Part shown: in pieces, positions 21,155-31,648 of the stretch
Layout of the letters: each line of letters begins with the position of its first letter
Position numbering within the stretch: the stretch's first letter is position 1
Source: Thecamonas trahens ATCC 50062
Taxonomy: Eukaryota; Protista; Apusomonadida
Reading direction: 5' to 3'
DNA length: 64,000 bases
Assembly (NCBI RefSeq): GCF_000142905.1
Contig: NW_013657670.1
Span: 459,498 to 523,497 of the forward strand
Translations under genes and position numbers: made by a program
The notes under the pieces: model-generated
Database searches by the model: none
The model's input: only the letters and a program-made list of their open reading frames with translations
Told to the model about the DNA's origin: nothing

Positions 21155-23035
21155 ATGCTGCGATGGTTGGCGCGAGGTAGCGCAGTGGTGGCTGGCGTGG
21201 GATCGCTGGCTGTTGGCAGTCTAGCCGCCAGCGTACTTGCGTCCGGTGGCGATGTCGATGAGGTGTGGGTAGCGGTCCGTGGCGGCTCCCGCACGGTCCG
21301 CACCTTTGCCACCGCTGCGGTCATCGGCCTCGACTACAAGGTACGGGCAGGTTGCGAGAGTGGGAGTTGGCAATAGGATGGATGAGTGACAGAAGATGCT
21401 GCAGTTTGGATGTTGCAGATGTAGCTTGTATGCCTGGCCCGAGCGAGCTTGTTGAGCCGAGGCTGAGCTCATCCGGGCGGACGCGGGTTGTCGCGTCAGC
21501 TTGACATGTTGGATGCAACTCACGGCAATGACACTGGCCATGGCACTGGCCATGGAACCGGCGATGGGCAAAAGTGGTCGCTGCACGATCTGGAGTATCG
21601 GACGGAGGCATACATTGCGAAGCGAGAGGAGGTACATGGACGGACGGCGGAGCGGCTGCTGGGGCTGTGCAAGGCCAATCAGGGCTTCTACATCAAGGCA
21701 GCACAGACGGTGGCATCGATGCAGATGGGCGTGCCCAAGCAGGTGACTTCCAAGCTGCGGGTGCTTCAGGACTCTGCGCCGTTTAAGGAGCTGGCGGATG
21801 TGCTGGGGACGTTTGAGGCCGAGTTCGGGGCCTCGCCGCATGAGCTCTTTGCGGAGTTTGACGAGCAGCCGTTTGCGGCGGCGTCGCTGGCCCAGGTCCA
21901 CAAGGCAGTGACCCACGACGGCCAGCGGGTTGCAGTCAAGGTCCAGCATGCCGGGCTGGAGGATCTCATCACAACGGATTTGTGGGCGATGCGGACGATT
22001 GCGTCGATCATGCCGTTCTTCTTTGAGGATCTCGAGCTCGGCTGGCTCGTCACCGAGGTGGAGGAGAACATTGCCAAGGAGCTGGACTTTGTGCGCGAGG
22101 GGCAATCTGCTGAGCGTGTGGCGGCGTCGTTTGCGGACATGCCACACGTCCGCATCCCAGGCATTGTGTGGGCGTCATCGTCGCGGCGGGTGCTGACCAT
22201 GGAGTTCATGGACGGATTCTCCATCTCAAACGAGGCGCAGCTCGAGGAGCAGGGCGTGGATCGGGCTCAGCTCACAAAGCTCCTGCTTGATACCTTTTCG
22301 CGGATGATTTTCTGTACTGGCTTTATCCACTGTGATCCACACGCCGGTAACCTGCTCGTACACAAGAACGCAGAGACCGGAGCGCTCGATCTTGTGCTCC
22401 TCGACCACGGGCTGTATCGCGAGCTCGACGACGAGTTCCGGCACAATTATTGCAAGCTGTGGAAGGCGCTAGTGACGTATGATGGTGAGCTGCTCGACGA
22501 GGCCGCTGATGGGCTCGGCGTCCCGCAGTACAAGTTCATCTTTCCGCTTATTCTCACCTACCGGCCGTGGTCGCGATCCAAGGACGCAGCACCAGGTGCC
22601 GGTCTATCCGAGGACGAAGCGCGCAAGCTGCGTGAAGACATGCGCAAAACCTCAGTTGCTGAAGTCTTCAAGTTTCTGGAGGACTTGCCGCGTGACATGC
22701 TGCTGGTATTCCGGTCGCAGGACCTTGTCCGCTCGATCAACAAAAGTCTCGGTGGCTCGTCGCTCGACCGGTTCCGGGTCTTTGTCCGCGCCGCCATCTC
22801 TGGCCTGTACCTCTACCGCAACGGCGAGTACGCGCCACCGGGTTGGCGCGATTGGTTCGCATACCACTGGACAATGGCCGGTCTCGAGCTTGGCGGCGCG
22901 ATTGTCGCGTTTGGGCTCTGGCTCGGCAGCATGTGGCGCCGAGTGCGGTCGGCCATCGTCGGCGATGGCGACCGTGACGCTGAGGGAGGCGAGGTCCTTG
23001 ACAAGTTCAGAAAGTTTGAGGCGAAGCAAGGGTAA
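21155..23035 (+). CDS. ABC1/UbiB-family atypical kinase (ADCK1/ADCK5-like); exons 21155-21340 and 21575-23035
   Basis: A GT(21341)..AG(21574) intron joins DYK-WSL. Motifs NQGFYIKAAQ, LQD, AAASLAQVH, VAVKVQ, ELDF..E, HCDPHAGN and LLDHGLY. Confidence 0.9.
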
Positions 23036-23047
23036 AACAGCGGTAGC

Positions 23048-23850
23048 TCATGGCCGCGGCGATTGTGGTGGTGTCGAGTCGGGTGAGACTGTAAACGGCT
23101 CAACCAGGGTCGGCTCGGTTGTGTCGATGGCAGACGCCGCGCAGCCGAGTGCTTCCATCCGCGAATCTGACGACGGGCCCTTGATAATTGTCACCCTCCC
23201 GCTTGGCAGATAGTTGTCGATGACAAGCTCTGCAGCCGCGACCGGGTGGTACACGCCGCCAACTAGGGTGCCTCCGCCAAGAATGGACTCGGGCAAGGCG
23301 TCAGGAACGAGCTGACGTTGATCATTCCGAGGCAAGTTGTCATCCAGCACGACTTTGTCGGCCTCAGAGCAATCTGCGGTTGCAGGGTGGTCAGCAACAA
23401 GCGCCGCCAGGGCCGCAGCAGCTCGTGACTCGAGCACCTCGTCGTCGTCCAGAGGAACTTGGTCGGTGTCGAGGCGATCAGTGGACCCTGGCAGAGTGCG
23501 ATTGGCTGCAGGGCGATCGGCAATGAGCGTCGCCAGATCCTCGCCAGATCGCAGTCGCAGCACCCGGGCTCCGTCAGCTTCTGTGGCTCTGCCCACGGCA
23601 GTCACGCGTGTGGTCGCCTCCTCGATGTCCAGGTACTCAAAGTCGGCCACCATGTCGGCAAGCGACTCCTCCTCAAACTCGAGCGCATGGTCATGCTCGA
23701 CAGATGGGCTCGCGTGTACAGCAAGCGGCAACCGCAAGCCACCGAGATTAGCAGCAGACGGTCGTGCGCCCCGTCGTCCGCTGCCGTCCATGAGCTCAGC
23801 GATGAGTCGAGTGACCGCGTCCTCCTTCACGGCAGTTCGGCGCCATGCAG
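23048..23850 (-). CDS. Hypothetical acidic protein (probably a last exon; 5' end uncertain near the N-gap)
   Basis: Long open frame with coding-like composition and a possible CAG acceptor near 23851. No recognisable domain. Confidence 0.5.
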
Positions 23851-24662
23851 CCTGCCGAGGCCGACAGTGTGAGATGGCTGTGGGGTTGGGGATGGGGATA
23901 GACAGGGGAGGGGGGTGATTGGCACTGCCATGCAATCGCGTCATGATACCATACAATCAGTGGCACTTTGCTCTGTCGCCATCGAGGTATCCATCGTCAT
24001 CGTCGGCCTGGGTTAGAGGTGGGTGCTGCCCCCCCCCCNNNNNNNNNNNNNNNNNNNNNNNNNNNNNNNNNNNNNNNNNNNNNNNNNNNNNNNNNNNNNN
24101 NNNNNNNNNNNNNNNNNNNNNNNNNNNNNNNNNNNNNNAAATTCCTTTAGGTCTGTATCTATCGGACGCCTGCTCCCTACATCGCGCACACCGCAAGCGA
24201 CCGTATACTGTCACGATTTCACAGACAGCACATCTACTCAGTTGTAAGCTTGTCACGGTCTGTTAGAGCCGACTAGCCAATCCTCCGGATTGGGAAATCT
24301 TCCCAATCGGGCCGCCAACCATTTAGCGAATCCTTCGTTTCCTAGAGGGGCTCATAGCTGCTGTCGGGGGGTTCATTTGATCGAGAACTTCCGTTGCGAA
24401 ATAATTCAGATAATGGTGACTTTCGTTCGCTCTAAATGATTTGTTCCTTGAACTGTTTTGGCCGGTTTGGTGGGGTGGGTGTGCCCCCCCCCCGCCCCCC
24501 CCCCCCCCCCCCCCCACCACACACACACACACACACGCACACCCTCCAGCAACCGCACCTAGGAATTAAGTCGATTGGTTCGTTGGTCAGCCACGGAACA
24601 CCTGCAACAGGGAAAGGGGGGGGAGGGGCAGACGACGGGTTCGGCACTCCACTCTTACCATC

Positions 24663-25570
24663 ATGGCTGCGGGTATGTTGGGGGAGGAGGAGGACAACGG
24701 CTGTTGTTGGCGTATGGGTGGGTGGGTGGGGAGGAGGGCTTGGTTGGGCGTTGGCGTATGGTGTGTGTGGGGGGGGGAGGGGGCGGGGAGGGGAGGGGCT
24801 TTCTTTGGCAAATTGGTGCCTTTTTCGGGTACAGGTAGGAGGGAGACTGATGGCGGTGATGGAAGGGTGTAGACGCGTGCCAGGGATGCTTTCAGATCAT
24901 TGATACGGACTCGGTCAATCTCAAGGGTGTGGGCAAGTACCACGCCAAGTGCTTTGTGTGCGTCGAGTGCCGAGGACCGCTGGATGCCGACTTTCACATG
25001 AAGGACGGCTCGCTGTACTGCGCCAACCACTTCAACGCCAAGTTTGGGACGCGATGCGCAGCATGCAACCTGTTCCTCTCGACGCAAGTTCTTGCTGCGG
25101 GCGAGAAAAAGTACCATCCAGCGTGCTTTGTTTGTGCCTCGTGCAACCAGGCGTTTTCGGACGGGTACGTGGTTCGCGACGACTTGCCGTTTTGCGATTC
25201 GACGTGTGCCGAGCGCGGGCCTGTCTGTGCAGAGTGCCGCAAGGAGCTGACGGGAACGATCTCGCGGATAGGCGGGCGGCGGTACCATGTTGCCTGTGTC
25301 AAGTGCTCGGTGTGCAAGACGCCGCTCGGCGATGACGAGCTCAAGTCCAAGAACGGCATCCTCTACTGTCCGCCCGACTATAACCTCAAGTTTGGCGAGC
25401 ACTGCTACGGTTGCTCCAAGTTTCTGGGCGAGGATCGCATCAAGGCCATGGACCACAAGTGGCATCCCGAGTGCTTTGTGTGCACGGCGTGCAAAACCCC
25501 GTTTGCCGGCGGCTCGTTTGTGGTTGACTCCAACAAGCCGTACTGCTCCAGCACGTGCGCTGACGCGTGA
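24663..25570 (+). CDS. Four-LIM-domain-only protein (paxillin/FHL-like LIMs); exons 24663-24672 and 24873-25570
   Basis: A GT(24673)..AG(24872) intron gives MAADACQGC..YHAKCFVCVEC..YCANH, completing LIM1. Three more CxxC-x16-23-HxxCxxCxxC-x16-21-C units follow. Confidence 0.9.
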
Positions 25571-25618
25571 GCGAGTGGGCAGACTAGCCTTTACGTAAAC
25601 GTCTCCATCCCTTTCAGC

Positions 25619-28448
25619 TCAGCTGCGACGAGCCTGCAACGAAGGTGGGAGCGCAACGGCGAGCTCAGAGATGCGCGAGGCCGACGGGGCGAGGACAACA
25701 ACCGGCTGCTGCTCAACATAATTGCCGCGGGTCGACGCCGACGACCGCGCCTTGGCCGCGTACTGGGTGAGGAGGCCGAGGAGGATGGCGGAACGATCAA
25801 AGTGAAGCGAGACGGCGGTGGCAATGCGCGGAGCATAGACAACGAGGTCGACCGGGTCGATGGCTGCCTCGAGGGCAGCGACTACGGCATCCCAGGCGGC
25901 GACGCGAGCTAGCGAGTCCCGTGCGCGTGTCGCGAGGACAGCCCGTGCAAAGTGGACGTCAAAGAGAGCCTGACATGCGCCAGCATCCGAGACGGTGGCG
26001 GTACGGACCTTGCTGGTGTAGGCCTCGAGGGCGGCAGCCTCGAGGTGGCCGGCAAAGGCGATGACAGCGTTGCGGTGGAGGGCCGAGCCGCCGAGCGCGT
26101 CAAGCGCCTCGCAGCCGGCAAAGAGAAAGTGCATAGCGTAGTGCGAGGGGAAGACCGGAAGGCGAGCTTCGGGATGGTCAGGCCACTCGTCGCGGCGGGT
26201 GCGTGATGACCAGTCGTCGGCGGCGAGCGCGGATGTGAGCGCGGCAGCGATCGGAGCGAGTGCAGGTGGGGCCCAAGACGCAAGAGCGGCGAGCTGGATG
26301 CGGCGTGCGGCAGCATAAAAGGCGCACGACGGGCCGGAGCCGCTCGACGAGGCGAGCGCACGGCGGTGGGCGGCGGCGCGGGCGGCGGTCGAGGCCGGCG
26401 CGAGGCCAAGGCCCCCGCTGGGAGTGCCAGCCGTACTTGCGGCTGCGCCCGGCTTGAGAAAGGCAACGGCGGGTAGGGTGAGGCTGGCGCCTGTCTTGGC
26501 GGCGGCAGCAAGGGTGAGAAGGTGCCACAGCTTGGGTAGCTCGGCCGAAGCGAGGTCGATGCCGCGGAGGAGGAGCGCGAGGGCAGCGGCGAGGGCGGGG
26601 TGACGTCCAAGCGCTGCGTTGGCGGCGTCGAGCTGGGTGTTGAGCGTGGCGTGGACGGTTGCGGCGAGGGCGTCCAGGACCAGCGGCGCAACGCGTGCGG
26701 TGTGAACTGCGGGGCTCCAGGCGCCCTGTGCTTGTGGGAAGGCAACGTCGTGGACAGTGGCGAGGAGCTTGGAGACGATGGTGTCAAAGGCGGCAACAGC
26801 GGCGGCGGCGGGGGCGGGGGTCACGCCGTTGGCGGCGCGGAGCGTGGAGGTGACAAGGTCCGAGAGCGGCTCTGGGGAGGACGACAGTGCCGCGGCGGGA
26901 AGGGCGTCCCACGGCCCGGGCCCGGGCAGCGCAGACTCGCCGATGGTGCGTGCAAGGGCGACGAGGTCGAGCTCGGCCAGACAGTCGGCAATGAGCTCGG
27001 CGCCGCGGTCAGCAAACGGCTGGGAGAAGACGGCGTCCCACAGCTCGACGTGCTTGCCAACAACGAGCGAAGCGAGGCGGTCCAGTCGAGAAGCGGGGCG
27101 GTATCGTCGGCGGGCGGGACAAGAACGGTGCCGGCGACGACGGCGCCAAGCTCCGGATCAGCGAGAAGGCTGCGGTGGCGGCCGGTGTACGCTGCATCCA
27201 GCAGGCGCCAGAGGGCGCGGGTGAGCGAAGCCAGCTGCGGGCCCGAAGCGACCTGGTCGAGGACCTCGACGCCCAGGCTCTGCATCGACTCGGCCCAAGA
27301 TACCAGCCAGGTGGACAGGGTGGCACGGAGCGAGTCCATGGTGAGCGGGTGGTGGGACCAGGGGCCCGGGCGGGGGCCGTGTGGTGCAGCACGTGCAAAG
27401 GTCTGCAGCGCGGCCGGAAGGCGGCCGAGCGCGCGCGAGCGGCCGGCAGCAGCAGCAGCAAGCAGAGGCTGGGCCAGGGCCTCAAAGGCGGCAGGCGCGA
27501 GACCGTCCTCAAAGGTGGCCAGCGTCTGGGCGAGAGGCGGAGAGACAGCAGCAAAGACGGCATGGACGAGCCGAAGGCCGTCGTCGAGCACAAGGACAAA
27601 GTTGGCGAGGGCGGCGGTGACGTCGGCCTCGGGCAGGACGTCGCCAGCCGGAAGCGCGTCTGCACGTTCGGCGAGCGCCTGTAGGTGGGCCTCTGCAGCG
27701 GCAAGGCGCACGGCTAGGAGGTGTTCCAGGGCGCCGTGGAGCGAGGCGCCGGTGAGGACGCAGTGGGCGGCGAGCGCTGAGACGGCCTCGTCGGTCCAGA
27801 GCTGGGCGTCATGCGGCGGGTCGAGGAGGGCGCCAAGCGGGAGATCGGCAAGCGCCTCGTGGGCAGCCTTGGCAATGAGCCGTGGAAAGGCCGTAATTGA
27901 GTCCCATTGCGAGGCGACAACCGGGAACTTGGCCAGGACCGGCGCGAGCTCGTCCGAGCTGCGCAGATAGCGATGGATGTTCTCAGCGAGGACGTAGCAG
28001 CGGGCGGCGCCGGCAAAGTCGTGGACCTCGAGCGCGCCCCAGATGAGCTCGGGCGTGGAGAGAAGAATGGAGGCCAGCAGCGCAACGTCAAGGACAATCT
28101 CGTTCGTGCCTCCACTGTGCGCACTGCGGCGAGCGCGCGAGGGGGCCGAGGCCGCCTGCGACTCGGAGGCAGACGAGGCGACAAGCGACTCTGTGGCGGC
28201 GGCAGCAGCAGCAGTAAGCGAGACGACGTCAGCCGAGAGGTCGCGCATGGCAACGACCGAGTCTGCAGCCGAGAGCAGATCCATGTATCGGTCCGAGACC
28301 AGGAGCTTGAGCTCGTCGGACTTTGCGTCGATGCGGGCGTCCATGTCTGCGGCCATGGCGCGGACCTCGGGCACGGTGGCGGTGACAAACACGTCGACCT
28401 CGCCACGGCTGCGTCCCCTGCGCGGGTTGAGACAGATCTAACGGACAT
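25619..28448 (-). CDS. COG1: Conserved oligomeric Golgi complex subunit 1 (Vps51/COG1 family); frameshifts ~28416 and ~27070
   Basis: N-terminal 'F...EVR....IDAKSDELKLLVSDRYMDLLSAADSV..M' and 'PELIWGALE'. C-terminal 'RLPVFPS..FLF..C..GG.AL', 'QALFD', 'IDPVDL' and 'RSAILLGLL' are typical of COG1. Confidence 0.85.
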
Positions 28449-29027
28449 GACAGTCGAGGTTTGGTGCGTGGGTACGTGGCGGTGTTGGTGGAGGTAGGGG
28501 GTTGGACCGCGGATGCAGCGATCAGGGGGCCCCCCCCCCGGACGCTTTTTTTGTGGGGCCGGTTTTTTTNNNNNNNNNNNNNNNNNNNNNNNNNNNNNNN
28601 NNNNNNNNNNNNNNNNNNNNNNNNNNNNNNNNNNNNNNNNNNNNNNNNNNNNNNNNNNNNNNNNNNNNNGCGGTGGTGCAGAAGGAGCTGATCGTTCACC
28701 TCGAAGATTCGCGAGCCTGACAACGTGTGGGCAAATACGTGGCTTTTTCGGCTTGACACGGGGATCAAGGAGAAGGTTCCGAGTAGGTCGGGCCTCAGTC
28801 TTCTTCTTCAACTAGGAGGGCAAGCTCCCTTCCATCAGCGCACCGTCGAGAAGGTCCTCCTCCTCTGCGGTCAGCGCCATGGCCGACTTGGGCAAATCCC
28901 ATCCCTCCCCTGCCAGTGCGCCGCTGGTTGGGGCGATGCGCTTGTAGTCAATCAGTCTGCTGTTTTTGCGGTTTGGGGGGGTGAGGGGGGGAAGGGGGGG
29001 GGAGGTGAATAATCCATGTGGGGTCGT

Positions 29028-29733
29028 TGGGTTCCCGCTGAGTTTATCGTTGGCTTGGGGGAGTCAATGGGTTCCCGTTGAGTTTATCGTTGGCTTGGGG
29101 GAGTCAATGGGTTCCCGTTGAGTTTATCGTTGGCTTGGGGGAATCAATGGGTTCCCGTTGAGTTTATCGTTGGCTTGGGGGAATCAATGGGTTCCCGCTG
29201 AGTTTATCGTTGGCTTGGGGGAGTCAATGGGTTCCCGTTGAGTTTATCGTTGCCTTGGGGGAATCAATGGGTTCCCGCTGAGTTTATCGTTGGCTTGGGG
29301 GAATCAATGGGCTCTCGTTGAGTTTATCGTTGCCTTGGGGGAGTCAATGGGTTCCCGCTGAGTTTATCGTTGGCTTGGGGGAATCAATGGGTTCCCGTTG
29401 AGTTTATCGTTGGCTTGGGGGAATCAATGGGTTCCCGCTGAGTTTATCGTTGGCTTGGGGGAATCAATGGGTTCCCGTTGAGTTTATCGTTGGCTTGGGG
29501 GAATCAATGGGTTCCCGTTGAGTTTATCGTTGGCTTGGGGGAATCAATGGGTTCCCGCTGAGTTTATCGTTGGCTTGGGGGAGTCAATGGGTTCCCGCTG
29601 AGTTTATCGTTGGCTTGGGAGAATCAATGGGTTCCCGTTGAGTTTATCGTTGGCTTGGGAGAATCAATGGGTTCCCGTTGAGTTTATCGTTGGCTTGGGA
29701 GAATCAATGGGTTCCCGTTGAGTTTATCGTTGG
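29028..29733. repeat. 40-bp minisatellite, about 17.5 copies (gggttcccgYtgagtttatcgttggcttgggRgaRtcaat)
   Basis: Units recur every 40 bp from 29031 to 29711 with only scattered substitutions. There are no unique spacers. Confidence 0.97.
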
Positions 29734-29874
29734 GAGAAAAAACGCTGCCTGCCCAGCCACGGCCGCTTTGCGCCCGAGTCGCCGCATGTCACGAGGTCTG
29801 GCACGCGGTCTGGCACCCCCAAAGACCTTGGTCACGCTGTCCGGTCACCTCACGTAACTCCAACAACAAATACG

Positions 29875-31620
29875 ATGCGAGGAGCGTTCTCGACAGCCGG
29901 AGCTGTCCTTGTGGTGCTGTGTGTGACTGTGGTGTGCGTGGCCAACGGGTTTACGCTGCGGAGCCTGGCGGTGGGCGCGGTGGGTGAGGGTGGCGATGCC
30001 AACGGCGGCTCCGACTGTGCCGCGTGCACCATCATTGTGGGCCTGCTGGAGCAAAAGGCCGTGGTCGATGCCAAATCCATCGAGAACGTGCTGGATGAGG
30101 TCTGTGGGTTCTTCCCCGCCGGTGCTGTCCAGGCCGCCTGCAAGTTCCTCGTCGACACGTACACGCCCGACCTGCTGCGCCTGCTCGAGGAGAAGGCCAC
30201 GCCCGACGAGGTCTGCAAGGAGTTCCGCATGTGCACGGGCTTCCCCGAGTGCCACCTCTATCCGCTGCCGACCGACAAGGCACGGGTGACCAACGAGGTG
30301 CGGAGCGAGCTCTCGCCGCGGGTGGCGGCGGCGTACGCCGCGGGCGAGACCCCCATCGACTGGCTCAAGCACCTCATCAACGTCGTCGGCAACCTTCACG
30401 AGCCGCTCGTCGACTTTGACGACGACAAGTTTGGCACCGAGTCGACGCTTCGCGGCACCTCGTGGCGCGGCGCGGACTGCCACGACGTCGAGGCCGATGT
30501 TTACCCAGGCCGCGCCGCCTCGTCGCATCCGCCCACCGTCGACCACAACTGCAACGGCATCCTCGGCGTCAACCCGGAGACCGGCGGCGCATGGGAGGAC
30601 GAGCTGTGCGGCGGCGAGCATGCCGGGCTCGGGCTCATTGTGGCCGGCGACTCGGTCACCGCCAACTTTGGCCTCCCGCCGCAGTACTTTAACGCTGCTC
30701 ACCTCAACGGCACCACGTTCAAGGCCAAGCCCGACGTCATGTGGCGGCTGGAGAACGAGTTTGATCACCCGTACCGCTCGTGGGGCACCGGCTTTGCCAA
30801 CGTCACCTACCACGGCTACCCGGACACCGTCTCGGTCTACTCGCACATGCTCGAGCGCAACCTCTGCATGCATCGCGACTTTCAGAACACCGGCGTCAAC
30901 GGCGCCCGGTCCGGCGCCGAGGCCGGCGGTTCGCATCCGCTCATCAAGGACATTGCGCGCAACCAGAAGACCGACAAGCCCGTCCTCTTCATCCTCGACC
31001 AGGCCGGCAACGACGTGTGCAACTCGCGGACCGCCGTCGACCACATGACCTCAGCCGCCCAGTTTAAGGCCAACTACCTCGAGATGCTCGAGTTCCTCGA
31101 CGCCACCCTGCCCGCCGGCTCGCACGTCGTGCTCATGGGCCTTGCCCAGGGCACCGTCCTCTACGACACCATGCACAACCGGACTCACCCCATCGGCGTC
31201 CCGTATACCTCGGTCTACTCCTTCCTCAACTGTCTGCAGATCTCGCCCTGCGCCGGCTGGCTCAACACCAACGCCTCCATCCGCGCCGCCACCCAGGCCC
31301 ATGCCGACCTGCTTTCGTCCACGCTGGAGGCCCTCGTTGCCAACGTCTCGGGCAACTACGCCAACTTTGACATGACCTACATCTCCTTCTCCACCCTCAT
31401 CAACGACCTCTTTGACACCCTCCCACCTTCAGAGCACTACACGCTCATCAACCCGGTCGACTCGTTCCACCCGGCCCAGATTGCCGCGCCCGTCCTCGGC
31501 CGCATCGTTTGGGACCACATCCCCGACGAGTTCAAGCCGGCTGTCAACCCGAACAACGCCAAGATTGCTGCCCTCTTTGGTGATCAGGGTGGCTACAAGT
31601 TTACCGTGGGTGGCGATTGA
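29875..31620 (+). CDS. AOAH: Acyloxyacyl hydrolase (LPS deacylase; saposin B plus GDSL/SGNH esterase)
   Basis: Signal peptide and saposin Cys pattern (CAAC..C..C..C..C). Motifs H.PLVDFDDDKF...TLRG..WRG.DC, D.NCNGI.G, GDS, RN.C.HRDFQN..VNGARS, GNDVC, PC.GWL and PVD.FHP all match AOAH. Confidence 0.93.
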   Translation: MRGAFSTAGAVLVVLCVTVVCVANGFTLRSLAVGAVGEGGDANGGSDCAACTIIVGLLEQKAVVDAKSIENVLDEVCGFFPAGAVQAACKFLVDTYTPDLLRLLEEKATPDEVCKEFRMCTGFPECHLYPLPTDKARVTNEVRSELSPRVAAAYAAGETPIDWLKHLINVVGNLHEPLVDFDDDKFGTESTLRGTSWRGADCHDVEADVYPGRAASSHPPTVDHNCNGILGVNPETGGAWEDELCGGEHAGLGLIVAGDSVTANFGLPPQYFNAAHLNGTTFKAKPDVMWRLENEFDHPYRSWGTGFANVTYHGYPDTVSVYSHMLERNLCMHRDFQNTGVNGARSGAEAGGSHPLIKDIARNQKTDKPVLFILDQAGNDVCNSRTAVDHMTSAAQFKANYLEMLEFLDATLPAGSHVVLMGLAQGTVLYDTMHNRTHPIGVPYTSVYSFLNCLQISPCAGWLNTNASIRAATQAHADLLSSTLEALVANVSGNYANFDMTYISFSTLINDLFDTLPPSEHYTLINPVDSFHPAQIAAPVLGRIVWDHIPDEFKPAVNPNNAKIAALFGDQGGYKFTVGGD

Positions 31621-31648
31621 GTTAGCAAACAAGCCCCAGTCTGTTCTT

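Noticed and set aside
24139-24460. RNase P/MRP, U3 or U4 RNA assignment
   Set aside because: Only isolated short matches (ggggctca, aattcaga, tagccaat) without the required pairing partners. Kept as an unassigned candidate.
29028-29733. CRISPR array
   Set aside because: The whole 40-bp unit repeats with no unique spacers, there are no cas genes nearby and the context is eukaryotic.
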